A stretch of DNA of 55,852 nt from an uncultured virus (IMG/VR IMGVR_UViG_3300016371_000006) (taxonomy: Duplodnaviria > Heunggongvirae > Uroviricota > Caudoviricetes). Below, piece after piece: positions 7,950 through 16,344 of the stretch (position 1 is its first letter; each line of letters begins with the position of its first letter). Made by a program: the position numbers and the translations under genes. Under the pieces are notes generated by a model, which did no database searches, was not told where the DNA came from, and saw only the letters and a list, made by a program, of their open reading frames with translations. The stretch is from the IMG/VR virus record IMGVR_UViG_3300016371_000006. One strand, 5' to 3'.

Positions 7950-8022
7950 GCACTCGTAGCTCAGCAGGCAGAGCGCCACGTTGCCAACGTGGAGGCCGCG
8001 GGATCGTAGCCCGTCGGGTGCT
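7950..8022 (+). tRNA. tRNA-Gly(GCC)
   Basis: CCACG-TTGCCAA-CGTGG. Confidence 0.85.
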
Positions 8023-8023
8023 C

Positions 8024-8096
8024 GGGTAACTACCATCGGCGAACCCAGCTACGGATCTGGTAACTGCCGCCCCTCTCGTCGGAGGGGAGTTGCCCA
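8024..8096 (+). ncRNA. Unrecognised tRNA-mimic RNA, copy B
   Basis: GGGTAACT/AGTTGCCC+A; 73 nt filling a tRNA-sized slot; covaries with copy A. Confidence 0.7.
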
Positions 8097-8099
8097 CCT

Positions 8100-8174
8100 G
8101 GCTCATTAGCTCAGTGGTAGAGCGCCGGCCCGTCAAGCCGGAGGTCGCGGGATCGTTCCCCGTATGGGTCGCCA
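8100..8174 (+). tRNA. tRNA-Asp(GTC)
   Basis: CCGGC-CCGTCAA-GCCGG; ends GCCA. Confidence 0.9.
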
Positions 8175-8175
8175 G

Positions 8176-8249
8176 TCCTGCTTGGCCCAGTTGGTAGGGG
8201 CAGCTCCCTGATAAGGAGAAGGACCCTGGTTCGATCCCAGGAGCAGGAA
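8176..8249 (+). tRNA. tRNA-Ile(GAT)
   Basis: CTCC-CTGATAA-GGAG. Confidence 0.9.
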
Positions 8250-8250
8250 C

Positions 8251-8323
8251 GCCTTCATAGCTCAGCGGAGAGAGCGCCTGGCTACGGACCAGGAGGCCCG
8301 GGGTTCGATTCCTCGTGAGGGCA
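8251..8323 (+). tRNA. tRNA-Arg(ACG)
   Basis: CCTGG-CTACGGA-CCAGG. Confidence 0.9.
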
Positions 8324-8327
8324 CGCA

Positions 8328-8440
8328 GTGATGTGATGCCGTATGGTCCGGTCCGGATAGGTCTGGCAAGGTCGGGCATGATAGGGCACGGCAGGCTGTG
8401 GTCTGGTTCGGTTAGGTGAGGTCATGATGCGACGGCAGGC
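8328..8440 (+). repeat. Degenerate pentamer (GGNNN) tandem repeat
   Basis: atggt ccggt ccgga taggt ctggc aaggt cgggc ... 5-nt periodicity. Confidence 0.75.
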
Positions 8441-8472
8441 GAGACGAAGGCGACAACGCTCAGTCTCGCCTG

Positions 8473-8546
8473 CCCGCCGTAGCTGAATCTGGATCAGCGG
8501 TGGTGTTCTAAGCCATGAAATGGGGGTTCGAATCCCTCCGGCGGGG
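8473..8546 (+). tRNA. tRNA-Arg(TCT)
   Basis: GTGGT-GTTCTAA-GCCAT; CCCGCCG/CGGCGGG. Confidence 0.8.
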
Positions 8547-8577
8547 CGCTAATTTCCAATTTCGGAATTCGCAATTA

Positions 8578-8647
8578 GCCTTCGCCAGCGGATCTGGCCC
8601 TGAGTTTCCGAAACTCGGTTGCGGTGGTTCGACTCCACTCGGGGGCA
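8578..8647 (+). tRNA. tRNA-Arg(CCG), reduced D-arm
   Basis: TGAGT-TTCCGAA-ACTCG; GGTTCGACTCC. Confidence 0.7.
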
Positions 8648-8648
8648 C

Positions 8649-8718
8649 TGCTCCGTGGTAACCGGCAGCCGTCGAGATTTTGGTTCTCGTTGTCCAGGTT
8701 CGAATCCTGGCGGAGCAG
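8649..8718 (+). tRNA. tRNA-Gln(TTG), reduced D-arm
   Basis: CGAGA-TTTTGGT-TCTCG; TGCTCCG/CGGAGCA. Confidence 0.8.
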
Positions 8719-8740
8719 CAGGTGTCCACCCCGTGGACAC

Positions 8741-9787
8741 TCAGTAGTTGCGCCGGTAGACCAGCCAGCGCAGCTGCATCGGGGACGCATCGGGCGCGCC
8801 GGCGAACAGGTTGTTGCCGGTGGCCCAAGCCTCGAACCATATTGCAGGCGGCCACGCCTCCTTGGGCAGGTGCCCCTTCTCGTAGTCGTAGACCGAGTCG
8901 TCGGCGATCAGCTCGAGCGGCAGGCCCGCCGCCGCCTCGGTCATCTCGTCGGCGGTGAACGGGCGGCACAGGGCGTGCTGGCCGAGCTCGCGCGCCACCT
9001 GGGTGGGGGTGTAACCCTGCCGCGCGATGAACGCGGAGAACAGCAGCAGGCCACCGGGAGCCAACCGCTTGGCGGCGAGCTCGAACAGGTTGCGGCACTG
9101 GGCGAACTGCCAGTCGGTGGCCACCTCGGCGGCGAAGATCAGCTGATAGTCGTCGCGCAGGTCCTCGGTGTCGAACACGTCGCAGGCCAGGACGCGGATG
9201 TTGGTCAGCTCCAGGTAGTCGGCGTTGGCACGGATCTGCGCGGCGAACCGCGGGGCCAGCTCGACCGCATCGACCGGGTAGCCGTGCCGGGCCAGCGCGA
9301 TCGCGTTGCGGCCGACGCCGGCGCCGATGTCCAGGATGGGGATGTCGCGCCGGCCCCCCGAGAGTTCTTCGGCCAACAGCCACACGCGCGCGTCGGCGTG
9401 GGTGCCGAACGGGGCCCAGCCGCGATCGTCCAGCCAGGAGTCGTAGCTGTCGCTGATGCTCTGGACCCGCGCGGAGATACGCAGGACGTCGGTGTTGGAA
9501 TCCCAGTCGAGGGTGACGCGCGACCGGGGGGAGGCGTCGAATGCCTCCTGGATGGTGGGCGCGAGCATGTCGCGCTTGTCCTCGCGGGTCAACGACGCCC
9601 AGGGCCGGGACACCGGGACGAGCATCTTGTCGCATGTGTCGATGTACTCGTCGATCAGGCTGGGGATGGCGGGTGCGGTGAGCGCCCAGGAGCTGATGGT
9701 GCGGCTGCGGAATTTGGCGACCAGCATCTGGTGCAGCTCGTCGTCATCGGCGGGGATCGCCGGCGGCGGCGGGGATTGAGCGTCCAT
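8741..9787 (-). CDS. Class I SAM-dependent methyltransferase inserted antisense in the tRNA array
   Basis: ILDIGAGVGRNA...VDAVE...LAPGGLL; start taken at MDAQS because the longer ORF would overlap tRNAs. Confidence 0.85.
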   Translation of the reverse strand: MDAQSPPPPAIPADDDELHQMLVAKFRSRTISSWALTAPAIPSLIDEYIDTCDKMLVPVSRPWASLTREDKRDMLAPTIQEAFDASPRSRVTLDWDSNTDVLRISARVQSISDSYDSWLDDRGWAPFGTHADARVWLLAEELSGGRRDIPILDIGAGVGRNAIALARHGYPVDAVELAPRFAAQIRANADYLELTNIRVLACDVFDTEDLRDDYQLIFAAEVATDWQFAQCRNLFELAAKRLAPGGLLLFSAFIARQGYTPTQVARELGQHALCRPFTADEMTEAAAGLPLELIADDSVYDYEKGHLPKEAWPPAIWFEAWATGNNLFAGAPDASPMQLRWLVYRRNY

Positions 9788-9895
9788 TGCGCCAGTGTGG
9801 CGCGGTGGGAGGTTATACTCAACGCGACATCCCGAGCACGGAAGGAGCCTGAAATGCGACAGCGTAAACCGGAGCCTGAACGCATGCCCAATCAG

Positions 9896-9967
9896 GCGCC
9901 CGTAGCTGAGATGGTTTAGCTCTCGACTTTTAATCCTGAGACGTCGGTTCGAGCCCGACCGGGCGCA
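9896..9967 (+). tRNA. tRNA-Lys(TTT)
   Basis: Loop CT-TTT-AA; GCGCCCG/CGGGCGC; irregular anticodon stem. Confidence 0.8.
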
Positions 9968-9971
9968 CCCC

Positions 9972-10044
9972 GGTTCCGTGGGGTAGCGGTTAGCCTGCCG
10001 GCCTTTCAAGCCGGACGACATCGGTTCGAGTCCGATCGGAATCA
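9972..10044 (+). tRNA. tRNA-Glu(TTC)
   Basis: CCGGC-CTTTCAA-GCCGG. Confidence 0.9.
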
Positions 10045-10045
10045 C

Positions 10046-10118
10046 GCCTCCTTGGAGTAGCGGTCATCTCACCTGGCTCTCATCCAGGAGATCGCCGGTT
10101 CGATCCCGGCAGGAGGCG
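10046..10118 (+). tRNA. tRNA-Glu(CTC)
   Basis: CCTGG-CTCTCAT-CCAGG. Confidence 0.9.
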
Positions 10119-10122
10119 CCGG

Positions 10123-10195
10123 TGGCCTGTAGTTCAACTGGCAGAACGCTGGACTGTTAATCCAGTAGTTGGAGGTTCGACTCCTCCCAGGTCAG
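10123..10195 (+). tRNA. tRNA-Asn(GTT)
   Basis: CTGGA-CTGTTAA-TCCAG. Confidence 0.9.
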
Positions 10196-10199
10196 CGAA

Positions 10200-10271
10200 T
10201 GAGGTGTGGTGTAAACGGCAGCACAACGGACTCTGGCTCCGTTGATCTTGGTTCGAGTCCAGGCACCTCAG
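10200..10271 (+). tRNA. tRNA-Gln(CTG)
   Basis: ACGGA-CTCTGGC-TCCGT. Confidence 0.9.
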
Positions 10272-10273
10272 CG

Positions 10274-10349
10274 AGCGCGGTAGGGAAGCCAGGCCTATCC
10301 CTCTTGGCTCATAACCAAGCAATCGTCGGTTCGAATCCGACCCGCGCTA
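10274..10349 (+). tRNA. tRNA-Met(CAT)
   Basis: CTTGG-CTCATAA-CCAAG. Confidence 0.9.
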
Positions 10350-10431
10350 CTGTTTCGCGTAAAGCGAAATGCGACACGCCGGGGAATGTGCTTGACCCCA
10401 GTAACGGAAACTAGCGCGGGACCATTACCCC

Positions 10432-10620
10432 GTGCGCAGGTTGTTGTGTGATGCGGTCATCGCACTGTGCCGGCTTGTGTTCGCGCCGTTCCGCGAGCTC
10501 GTCGACGAGGCGATGGCCGAGGCCCGCGAGTCGGAGGCCCGGCGCGCGCTGTACAAGTCGCTGAACTGGACCAACAAGGATGACCGGGAGTTCGACCGGT
10601 ACGCGAGGCACGGCGAGTGA
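10432..10620 (+). CDS. Hypothetical protein
   Basis: 62 aa; GTGA overlap with the terminase start. Confidence 0.5.
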   Translation: MRRLLCDAVIALCRLVFAPFRELVDEAMAEARESEARRALYKSLNWTNKDDREFDRYARHGE

Positions 10621-12218
10621 GTGCAGTCCTGCAGGCCGATCCCTATGTCGGTTCCACGCTCCCGCGGCTGTTCACCCCGCCGCTGCCCGAGCACGTCGAT
10701 GAGACCGCCGAGTTCGGCATCCGCCCCGAGGCCACCTGGGGCCCGCTGTGCTGCTACTTCCTGGAGAACATCCTCAAGTGGCAGCTGCTGCCGTGGCAGA
10801 AGTGGCTGTACTACCGGGCGCTCGAAAAGCGCCGCAACGGAACGGGTTTCAGGTTCCGTTACCTGATCATCCTGGTCGCCCGGCAAAACGGGAAGACCAA
10901 GTGGGGGATGGGGCTGGGGCTGTGGCGGCTGTTCATGGACAAGAAGGGCCGGCCGTGCGCGGAGTGGCCGGCCGCGCGGCTGGCCGTGGTGGCCGCGCAG
11001 AACCTCGACTACGCCGAGACCACCCTGAAGGACATCGTCGACGAGATCCGCGACCAGCCGCTGCTGGCGCCCGAGCTGCTGAATCACCGGGTCACCAACG
11101 GTAAGCACCGCGCGATCTTAAGCTACCGGCGCTACTGGCGCGCGGCGACGGCGAACAAGAAGGGCGGCCGCTCGCTCTCGGTGGACTTCGCCTGGCTCGA
11201 CGAGCTGCGCACGCACACCACCCCGGACGCCTGGAACGCGGTCACCCCGACCACCAACGTGCGGATCTGCAGCCAGGTGCTGGCGACCTCCAACGCCGGG
11301 GAGAACAGCTCCGTCAAGCTCAAGGAGTTGCGCACCGTCGCGGTGCGCAAGATCACGCTCGGCGACACCGCCGAGACGCAGACCGGGTTCTTCGAGTGGT
11401 CGGTGCCCGAGGACGTGGACCCGCGCGACGACCGCTACTGGTATCTGGCCAACCCGGCCCTGGGGCTGCTCAACGAGTTCTGCCTGGACGACCTGCGGGC
11501 GCATTTCGAGAACATGGAAGCCGACGACATGCCGGGCTTCCGCACGGAATATCTCTGCCAGTGGGTCGACTCGCTGCTGCCGGGCATCATCCCGGCCCAG
11601 GCGTGGCAGGACACCGTCGACAAGGAGTCCAAGCGCGATCCCGAATCCCCGGCCTACGCCTGCATCGAGTACAACTACCACCGCACCCGCGCCTACGTCG
11701 GGGTGGCGTCGCGGCGGTCCGACGGGAAGATCCACATCGAGGTGATCAAGACCCCGCCGAAGGGCACCGGCTGGCTGCCCGACTGGCTGAAGACCCGCAA
11801 GGACAAGTTCGCCGGCGTCTGCCTGCAGAAGACCAACGCGCCGGTGTCCGGGCTGGCCGACGACCTGCGCGCGGTGGGGATCACCATCACCGACTGGGGC
11901 GCGCCGGTGGCCCAGCTCGCGGCCGGGGCCGGGGAGTTCTACGACGGCATCGTGGACGGGTCCATCAAACACCGACCGGCCCCCGTGCTGGATCGCGCGG
12001 CCGCGTCCACTCCGGCACGCCGCGTCGGAGACGCCTGGTTCTTCGACCGGCGCACCTCCCCGGTGGACGCCTCCCCGGTGATCGCCTGCTGCGGCGCGGT
12101 GTGGCTGCTGAACAACCCGCCTCCCGAGGTCGGCGATCCGACCGTGTGGGAGTGGCCCGACGACGACACCCTCAACGAATGGCGGAAGGAAACCGATGAG
12201 CGATTCAACGAGCAGTAG
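10617..12218 (+). CDS. terL: Terminase large subunit
   Basis: Walker A VARQNGKT, Walker B FAWLDE, TSNAG, ANPALG, FRTEYLCQW. Confidence 0.95.
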   Translation: MSAVLQADPYVGSTLPRLFTPPLPEHVDETAEFGIRPEATWGPLCCYFLENILKWQLLPWQKWLYYRALEKRRNGTGFRFRYLIILVARQNGKTKWGMGLGLWRLFMDKKGRPCAEWPAARLAVVAAQNLDYAETTLKDIVDEIRDQPLLAPELLNHRVTNGKHRAILSYRRYWRAATANKKGGRSLSVDFAWLDELRTHTTPDAWNAVTPTTNVRICSQVLATSNAGENSSVKLKELRTVAVRKITLGDTAETQTGFFEWSVPEDVDPRDDRYWYLANPALGLLNEFCLDDLRAHFENMEADDMPGFRTEYLCQWVDSLLPGIIPAQAWQDTVDKESKRDPESPAYACIEYNYHRTRAYVGVASRRSDGKIHIEVIKTPPKGTGWLPDWLKTRKDKFAGVCLQKTNAPVSGLADDLRAVGITITDWGAPVAQLAAGAGEFYDGIVDGSIKHRPAPVLDRAAASTPARRVGDAWFFDRRTSPVDASPVIACCGAVWLLNNPPPEVGDPTVWEWPDDDTLNEWRKETDERFNEQ

Positions 12219-12666
12219 TATCTCCCGGCCCCGGTTCGGCGGCGGCGGCCGGCTCTACCGGGAGGAGGACGCCCCCGCGGCCGCCGCGATGGGCCTGGCG
12301 CGCGAGTCCATCGAGGAGGCGCGGGTCGCCGAGATGATGGCGCCGGAGGCCCCGCCGTGGGCTGATCAGCCCGAGCCCGAGCCCGAACGCAAGGTCGAAC
12401 CCAAGCGCAAGCGCAAGAGCGAGCCCGAACGCGAACGCACGGTGGAGAACCCGCCGCCGATGAAGGTCGGGCGCATCGAGGAGCCCAAGGCGCCCCGGGA
12501 CCGCCGCGGCGAGATCCGCGAGGTGGTGTCCACCGGGCTCGAGCTCGTCGGAATCGGCCTGCTGATCACCACCGGATTCCTGATCACCGCCTGGCTGGGC
12601 ACCTTAATTGCCGGTCTGTGTCTGGTCCTGCTCGGCGTGGCGACCAGCAGGAACTTCAGCGGCTAG
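12196..12666 (+). CDS. Hypothetical protein with two C-terminal TM helices
   Basis: Charged disordered N-terminus and hydrophobic last ~40 aa; lies between terminase and portal. Confidence 0.7.
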   Translation: MSDSTSSSISRPRFGGGGRLYREEDAPAAAAMGLARESIEEARVAEMMAPEAPPWADQPEPEPERKVEPKRKRKSEPERERTVENPPPMKVGRIEEPKAPRDRRGEIREVVSTGLELVGIGLLITTGFLITAWLGTLIAGLCLVLLGVATSRNFSG

Positions 12667-12680
12667 GGGAAACTTCGGCC

Positions 12681-14042
12681 GTGAGCATCCTCGCCCGACT
12701 CGTCACCGGCGGTCGCGCCGGCGTCAGCCCCGCTGGTATGGAGCAGCGCACACTGACCAGCTCGGCGTTCGTGCCGCCACCCCAGGTCGGGGTGCTGGAC
12801 GACTACCTCGGGGTGCACCGCGCGATGGCCTGCATGACGGTGCTGGCCTGCGTGCGGGTGCTGGCCGACACCATCGCGAGCCTGCCGTGGAAGGCCTACC
12901 GGCGCGACTCCAAGGGGGTGCCCAAGGAGGTCAAGCCGCAGCCGGCGATCCTGCGGGCCCCGTTCCCGGGCTTCGACCTCTACCAGTGGAAGTGGATGGT
13001 GATCGCGTCGATGGCGTTGCGCGGCAACAGCTATCACCTGATCACCAGCCGCGACAAGCTGGGCTACCCGACCTCGCTGCTGCCGCTGCATCCCGACGTG
13101 GTGTTCCTCGAGCGCCGCCCCGATCTGCTGCTGTGGTTCGACCCGATCTACCGGGTGATGGGTGAGCAGATGCCCACCAAGGACATGATCCACATCCGCC
13201 GGTTGACCATGCCCGGCGAGCCCTGGGGCCTGAGTCCGATAAAGCAGGCCGCGGTCGCGATCGGGATGAGCCTGGGCGCCGAGGAGTACGGCTACCGCTA
13301 CTTCAAGGAGAGCGCCAACCCGTCCGGGATCCTGTTCACCGAGCAGGACCTGGATGAGAAGGCGGTCACCCGCCAGCAGAAGAACTGGATCGCGTCGCAC
13401 GGTGGGCGCCGCCTGCCCGCGGTGCTGACCAACGGGTTCAAGTGGGAGAACCTGAGTATCAGTCCCGAGGAAAGTCAGTTCTTGGCCACGCGCCAGTTCC
13501 AGCGCTCCGAGATTTGCCTGATGTACGGGGTGCCGCCGATCCTGATCGGAGACACGAAAGAGACCACTGCTTGGGGAACCGGTGTCGAGCAAATCACTTT
13601 GGGTGCAATCACTTTCACGTTCCGCGCCTGGACGTCCTGCGTCGAGTCGATCGTATCCGCGTGCCTACCGGGAGGACAGTACGTGCAGTTCGACTACGAC
13701 GCGCTGCTGCGCGGTGACATCGAGGGCCGCTACGCCGCCTACGCCAAGGCGCTGGGCGGGCAGACCACCAACGCGTTCATGACCGCCAACGAGGTCCGGG
13801 CCCGCGAGGAGATGGACCCGGTCAAGGGCGGAGACGTGCTCTACATCTCCAACCGGATGATGCCCGCCGGCACCCCGCCCGCACTCAACAACCCGCCGCC
13901 GCCGCCGTCGCCGGGTGGCGACCGCTTCCCGCAGCCGCCGATCGCCGGCGGCGAGAAGGACGGCGGCGAGGACGAGGACGAAGACGAGCCGCAGGACGAC
14001 GGCGCGCCTCGCAACGGCCGCAGCTTTCTGATGAGAACCTAA
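12681..14042 (+). CDS. Portal protein (HK97 family)
   Basis: VLACVRVLADTIASLP, LRGNSY, GLSPI, QFLATR..QRSEIC.MYGVPP, MTANEVRARE. Confidence 0.95.
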   Translation: MSILARLVTGGRAGVSPAGMEQRTLTSSAFVPPPQVGVLDDYLGVHRAMACMTVLACVRVLADTIASLPWKAYRRDSKGVPKEVKPQPAILRAPFPGFDLYQWKWMVIASMALRGNSYHLITSRDKLGYPTSLLPLHPDVVFLERRPDLLLWFDPIYRVMGEQMPTKDMIHIRRLTMPGEPWGLSPIKQAAVAIGMSLGAEEYGYRYFKESANPSGILFTEQDLDEKAVTRQQKNWIASHGGRRLPAVLTNGFKWENLSISPEESQFLATRQFQRSEICLMYGVPPILIGDTKETTAWGTGVEQITLGAITFTFRAWTSCVESIVSACLPGGQYVQFDYDALLRGDIEGRYAAYAKALGGQTTNAFMTANEVRAREEMDPVKGGDVLYISNRMMPAGTPPALNNPPPPPSPGGDRFPQPPIAGGEKDGGEDEDEDEPQDDGAPRNGRSFLMRT

Positions 14043-14062
14043 CCGCAACTGGAGGTACAGCG

Positions 14063-15796
14063 ATGACGACCACCCTGGAGGAGCGGCGCACCCGGGAGAA
14101 GATCCTCGATGTCCGCGAAAGCCGCCGCATGGCCTCCCCGCTGGAGATGCGGACCGACGCCCTGTCCGGGCACATCATCCTGGAGGGCTACGCGTCGACC
14201 TTCCACGAGTACGACGTGCACGGCGGCCCGCGTGCCGGCGGCTGGGTGGAGCAGCTGCACACCCGCGCGTTCGACACCACCCTGGCCGGCAACCCCGACG
14301 TGATGCTGCTGATCAACCACACCGACATGCCGCTGGCGCGCACCAAGAGCGGCACGCTGCAGTTGCGCGTCGACGACCACGGTCTGCTGGTGCGCGCCGA
14401 TCTGGACCCCAGCGACCCCGATGTGCAGCGACTGCTGCCGAAGATGAAGCGCGGCGACATGGACGAGATGAGCTTCGCCTTCCACGTCCGGGCGCACGAC
14501 TGGTCGAGCGATTACACCCACCGGATGATCACCGAGGTCGACCTGCGCAAGGGCGATGTCAGCGTGGTCAACTACGGGATGAACCCGAACACCGCGGCGC
14601 GGGTGACCGAGGCCGTGGGCGCACTGGCGTCGCTGTCCAACAAGGAGCTCGTGGAGATCCGCAGCAAGATGGACCCGGGCCAGATCCGCAGCGCCGTGGA
14701 CGTGCTCCAGCGCATCGTCGGCGGTGGCATCCGCGCGAGCACCCCGAAGAAGTACGCCGGCGTGTCCAACTTCGCCGACCCCGGCTACCTGGACAGCGCG
14801 GGCAAGCCGGCCAAGGACGGCAACGGCAAGAAGCGTTACCCGCTGAACTCCGCGGCGCGGGTGCGTAACGCCGCCGCCCGGTTCGCGCAGAACAAGGGCC
14901 GCTACACCTCCGAGCAGCAGTCGGCGATCATGGGCAAGATCCGTGCGGCCGCCAAGCAGTTCGGCGTGGAGATCAGCGACGACAGCGACAAGAAGGCTTT
15001 GATCAAGCCCGCGCCCAAGGCCTGGTCGGTTCCGGGCGACGGCGGGCGGGCGTTCTCCCAGCCCTACACCTGGGCGCCCGACACCGTGGCCAGCACCGGC
15101 CAGGACCAGCCCTACACCAAGGGCTACCCGTCCGACTACGACGAGACGCTGGGCGGGCGTCCCGACGTGGCACCGGGCGCCGACGTGGTCGGCGTGGGGC
15201 CCAAGGGCGGCTACGACGCGCACGACGAGGCATACACCAAGCAGCAGTACGCGCTGTGGCTGCTGGCCAACGACGAAGTCTGCCCGGGCGGGGACCGCTG
15301 CCCCGGCGACACCTGTCCCGACCACGGAAGCGAGGAGAACGCAATGGACGGCACCGACGAGCGCCAGGCCGACAACTTCGGCGGCAAGCAGGCCAAGCCG
15401 TTCGGCTCCGACGACGACGACGATCGCGCCGACGCCGGTGACGACGAGGAACGCGACGACGACGGTGACGACAAGGAGCCCGACGGCGACGAGGACGACG
15501 ACGATAAGCGTTCCGAGCCGATCGACCTGTCGCTGGCCGCCGCACTGGAGAAGACGATCGTCACCTGCTATGAGATGGCCGAGGCGATCGGCGACAAGGA
15601 CATCCGCAACATGCTGGCCCGGGCGCGCCGGCAGGTCCGCGACCTGCAGCACATCCCCGGCAAGGATATCGACATCTCCAAGAAGCTGGAGGAGTTGCGC
15701 AGCGAGTTCGGCGACCCTGACACCATCACCGTGAGTGAGGGACTGCGCGCGATCGCCAAGTCCGGCTACGCCGACGTGATGAAGCCGGCATCGTGA
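14063..15796 (+). CDS. HK97-family prohead protease with long C-terminal extension
   Basis: LEGYASTF, LLINH, EMSFAF, DVSVVNYG; GGAGG RBS. Confidence 0.9.
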   Translation: MTTTLEERRTREKILDVRESRRMASPLEMRTDALSGHIILEGYASTFHEYDVHGGPRAGGWVEQLHTRAFDTTLAGNPDVMLLINHTDMPLARTKSGTLQLRVDDHGLLVRADLDPSDPDVQRLLPKMKRGDMDEMSFAFHVRAHDWSSDYTHRMITEVDLRKGDVSVVNYGMNPNTAARVTEAVGALASLSNKELVEIRSKMDPGQIRSAVDVLQRIVGGGIRASTPKKYAGVSNFADPGYLDSAGKPAKDGNGKKRYPLNSAARVRNAAARFAQNKGRYTSEQQSAIMGKIRAAAKQFGVEISDDSDKKALIKPAPKAWSVPGDGGRAFSQPYTWAPDTVASTGQDQPYTKGYPSDYDETLGGRPDVAPGADVVGVGPKGGYDAHDEAYTKQQYALWLLANDEVCPGGDRCPGDTCPDHGSEENAMDGTDERQADNFGGKQAKPFGSDDDDDRADAGDDEERDDDGDDKEPDGDEDDDDKRSEPIDLSLAAALEKTIVTCYEMAEAIGDKDIRNMLARARRQVRDLQHIPGKDIDISKKLEELRSEFGDPDTITVSEGLRAIAKSGYADVMKPAS

Positions 15797-15942
15797 TGCC
15801 CGACGTAGGCCAGGTGGTGGCCAAGGTGGCACCCGGCGGCGGCGTGGAGATCACCGTGATCCCGGCCGACGACGACGCCGTGGTTCCCGATCTGCGGGCC
15901 GCCCAGGACGCCGCCATCGCCGCGGTCGCCGCTGATGAGTGA
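15796..15942 (+). CDS. Small hypothetical protein
   Basis: TGATG-coupled 48-aa ORF MPDVGQVVAKVAPGGGVEITV... Confidence 0.45.
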   Translation: MPDVGQVVAKVAPGGGVEITVIPADDDAVVPDLRAAQDAAIAAVAADE

Positions 15943-16117
15943 GCGCACCCGCGAGCAGATCATCGCGGAGGCCCGCGCGGAGAAGGGCGGCTGGCTGCGC
16001 GGCAAGGGCTGGACCGAGGAGCAGATCGCCGCGTATCTGGACGGCATCCGCTGGGTCGGCTGGTTGCCGCCGTGGTGGAGACTCCCGATCTGGGGGCCGG
16101 TCAAAGACCTGGTCTGA
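15935..16117 (+). CDS. Hypothetical protein
   Basis: 60-aa Trp-rich ORF overlapping the previous one. Confidence 0.5.
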   Translation: MSERTREQIIAEARAEKGGWLRGKGWTEEQIAAYLDGIRWVGWLPPWWRLPIWGPVKDLV

Positions 16118-16344
16118 GTGTCCACGCACGGACACTCCGCGTGTCGCGCCGCCGACCACGGAAAATCTGCGCCTACGATCCTGGTCAGGTCATGTGCCCG
16201 GTCGGCCGCCGGGTTCGGGCCAGTAGCTCCGGTGATGCGGCGACGAGCCCTCCATCGCAGCGGACCGGTGACGAGCTATCCGCCCAGTTCGAGCCACGTC
16301 CTTCCCTGTCTATGCCCGAAAACGGGCCCACACCAAAGAGAGTC

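Noticed and set aside
8497..8516. CTA in the 8473 tRNA loop as an amber suppressor or Pyl anticodon
   Set aside because: The 5-bp stem GTGGT/GCCAT centres TCT in a 7-nt loop, giving Arg
6272..8790. Many ORF-track ORFs across the tRNA array
   Set aside because: They overlap clear tRNA cloverleafs and lack codon bias
9788..10045. N-terminal extension of the minus-strand methyltransferase
   Set aside because: Runs antisense through two tRNAs; the ATG at 9787 is more plausible
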